DNA of 11,489 bases from Gemmatimonadota bacterium. GTDB lineage: Bacteria > Latescibacterota > UBA2968 > UBA8231. The stretch spans positions 117,083 through 128,571 of the forward strand of contig JAYPJE010000001.1 in assembly GCA_038128265.1 (NCBI GenBank), written 5' to 3'. The translations under genes and the position numbers were made by a program. Shown piece by piece: positions 7,758-11,489 of the stretch (the first letter of the stretch is position 1; every line of letters starts with the position of its first letter). Below the pieces are notes generated by a model that saw only the letters and a program-made list of their open reading frames with translations, did no database searches and was not told where the DNA came from.

Positions 7758-8222
7758 GAAATCGGCTGGGTCTTCGTCGCGCCCCATAGCAATGATGTGT
7801 TCCGCCTGTATTTCCCGCCGCCCGGCATAGCCGCCGTCCAATTCGTGCCAGTGACCCACTTCGCTTTCGCCGCGTTTCCAGCACAGCAATACCCAGCGCC
7901 CCTCAAAGGTCGTTGGAAAGTCGATGAGCCCGTGTTCCAGACCGCCCTGCGGAAAGCGCACGCCCAGCGAGAGCAGGTCGTCTTCAATAAGCTTCACGAT
8001 ATCCTGTTTCAAATAGCCAACGCGGCGGCGGTGCTGCTGGAATTCATCGTTGTCCGGGTTGTGCGAATCGCGCACCTCGCTGCCCCACAGGGCGTCGAGA
8101 ACGTGTAGCTTCTGCACGTGGTTTGCCAGGGCGGCTTTCTTCGCCTCTATACGCTGTAAAATAGACTCGATTTGCGGTAGGGTGGCATTGGCTTCGGCCA
8201 CGGTAAATGCTTTGCTCGGCAT
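7740..8222 (-). CDS. DUF2203-family protein, 160 aa
   Basis: FTVAEANATLP N-terminus and GLIDFP...VLLCWKRGE..VGHWHELDGGYAGRR, recalled as the DUF2203 signature. AAAGGA RBS upstream. Confidence 0.88.
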   Translation of the reverse strand: MPSKAFTVAEANATLPQIESILQRIEAKKAALANHVQKLHVLDALWGSEVRDSHNPDNDEFQQHRRRVGYLKQDIVKLIEDDLLSLGVRFPQGGLEHGLIDFPTTFEGRWVLLCWKRGESEVGHWHELDGGYAGRREIQAEHIIAMGRDEDPADFSPDDF

Positions 8223-8248
8223 GGTCTATCCTTTGCTTTTGAACGCAG

Positions 8249-8277
8249 AGTATAGGCAAAGGGCCGTGGGCGTTCAA
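8249..8277 (-). promoter_or_regulatory. Sigma70-type promoter candidate for the DUF2203 gene
   Basis: Minus strand TTGAAC (8277-8272)-N17-TATACT (8254-8249), placing the TSS near 8242. Confidence 0.6.
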
Positions 8278-8389
8278 GGGGACAAAACCCTTGCGCCGGC
8301 CTGTTCTTTGCAGCATATTAGGTCCGATTTAGGCGGTGGTGTGCGCGGCAAAAAAGAATTTCTATATAACTCACAAGTTGCTGATTTAT

Positions 8390-8677
8390 ATGGCTGTTAC
8401 AATTGAAGACGTCCGTGTTGTTGCCGGGCTGGCACGCCTGCGGTTTAGCGAAGACGAGGAGCGCGTTCTAACGGGAGAACTCAACGGCATTCTCTCCTAT
8501 ATGGAGAAGCTCAACGAGTTGGATACCGAAGACGTCGAACCGACATCGCACGTGCTGCCCATGGTCAATGCGTTTCGAAGCGACGAACCCGAGCGCTTTC
8601 CGTCGCTTGCGGAGCTGCGATCCATCGCTCCGGACCGACAGGGCAACCACTACAAAGTTCCGAGAATAATCGACTGA
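8390..8677 (+). CDS. gatC: Asp-tRNA(Asn)/Glu-tRNA(Gln) amidotransferase subunit C, 95 aa
   Basis: VTIEDVRVVAGLARL, ILSYMEKLNELDTEDVEPTSHV, FRSD and APD....YKVPRII follow the typical GatC pattern. Start at ATG 8390. Confidence 0.95.
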   Translation: MAVTIEDVRVVAGLARLRFSEDEERVLTGELNGILSYMEKLNELDTEDVEPTSHVLPMVNAFRSDEPERFPSLAELRSIAPDRQGNHYKVPRIID

Positions 8678-10540
<1,863 letters not shown>

Positions 10541-10547
10541 ACCGCGC

Positions 10548-11408
10548 GTGCACTGGTCTATAGTTTTAATCCTGCGTCGCGCCCTGTGTTATGGGGCGCG
10601 ACCTTTTTTTGGCGCTGTCTGCCTGCTGCTCAGTCACTGTGCTCCCATCGAACCCGATGCGCCGCGCGTCGAAGCACCCGATGCCGACACCGAGGCGCGC
10701 GGCGTATTTCTGCAGCTAAATCGCCCGGGCACGCGCCTGGAAATCCGCGCCGATTCGATTAGTGAACACAGCGAGCGCCAGGCGGCCCTGGCGATGGGAG
10801 ACGTGCGCATGGATTTTTACGACGCGTCGGGCCGGGCCGGCGTACAGCTGCGCGCCGAGCGCATGCATTTGGACCATCGAACCGGTGCCATCGATATGGC
10901 AGCCGAAGTCGTCATGATCATGGGTGACAGTCTGAGTGCGCTCGCCGATTCGCTGCGCTGGCATCCGCAGGGAGAGCGCGTGACGATACCGGGCTCTCTG
11001 CGCATCGAGCTGGCCGATGGAGTGGAAACGGGGCGCGATCTGGAGACGGACGCATCGGCCGATAGCTGGGCGCTCAGCGACGTGCATGGGCGCTGGCAGT
11101 GGGCCGATGAAGAGGTGGACGTGCGCGCGGCTCAGGAGCGCAGTCAGCGCGTTGGCGGCATGCTGCAGGTGCGCTACGAAGAGGCCGAGTTGAAGGTGGC
11201 CGGTATGCAGCTGCGCTGTGCGCTGGCCCACTGGCTGCCGGACGAGCGCCAGCTGGTGCTGGGGGGAGGCGTAGAGGGCGTAGATTCGTCGGGCGCGGTT
11301 ATCGCCCCACACCACCAAAAAGACCTGGACCCAAAAGAGCTGCGCCCGCCCGGCCCGGTGCGCCCCCCCCCGGGCCCCGCTCACGCCGCGCGCCCCCGCG
11401 ACGCATAG
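10548..11408 (+). CDS. LptC/LptA(OstA)-like beta-jellyroll envelope protein; start uncertain, 3' end probably unreliable
   Basis: Hydrophobic leader ending LLLSHC (Cys codon 10638, atypical lipobox), then LptC-like strands (VRMDFYD, LRAERMHLD, LADSLRWHPQGERV, ETGRDLETD). Start is ATG 10515 (overlapping pyrG) or GTG 10548. After ~11295 the sequence becomes C-rich and low in complexity. Confidence 0.65.
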   Translation: MHWSIVLILRRALCYGARPFFGAVCLLLSHCAPIEPDAPRVEAPDADTEARGVFLQLNRPGTRLEIRADSISEHSERQAALAMGDVRMDFYDASGRAGVQLRAERMHLDHRTGAIDMAAEVVMIMGDSLSALADSLRWHPQGERVTIPGSLRIELADGVETGRDLETDASADSWALSDVHGRWQWADEEVDVRAAQERSQRVGGMLQVRYEEAELKVAGMQLRCALAHWLPDERQLVLGGGVEGVDSSGAVIAPHHQKDLDPKELRPPGPVRPPPGPAHAARPRDA

Positions 11409-11489
11409 CCGCGCCAGCGGGGGCACGTACGCGTTTGCTGCGGACATGCGTTATCGCAGGCGCAATTTGGGGCTTACCCTCTGCACTTG

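Overview
GC-rich bacterial chromosomal window made mostly of housekeeping and conserved hypothetical genes. I see no mobile element, CRISPR array, rRNA or tRNA. Left to right: ECF sigma factor (-), with a good sigma54-type promoter and candidate enhancer dyads upstream; a divergent two-gene unit (acidic SEC-C-motif protein and an atypical orotate-PRT-like phosphoribosyltransferase); stand-alone smc (-); three + genes divergent from smc (two small hypotheticals and an HPr-kinase-related P-loop protein); a DUF2203-family gene (-); then gatC, an intrinsic terminator, pyrG and an LptC/LptA-like gene whose 3' end looks like degraded sequence. The main oddities are: (i) a PyrG with non-standard motifs and a ~32-aa insertion, possibly a xenolog; (ii) gatC-pyrG-lptC adjacency with neither gatAB nor kds genes; (iii) a possible sigma54-to-ECF cascade; (iv) an orphan HprK-related kinase with two small unknown partners. 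All family calls come from motif recognition by eye; no searches were run. I cannot demonstrate a new system, only candidates.
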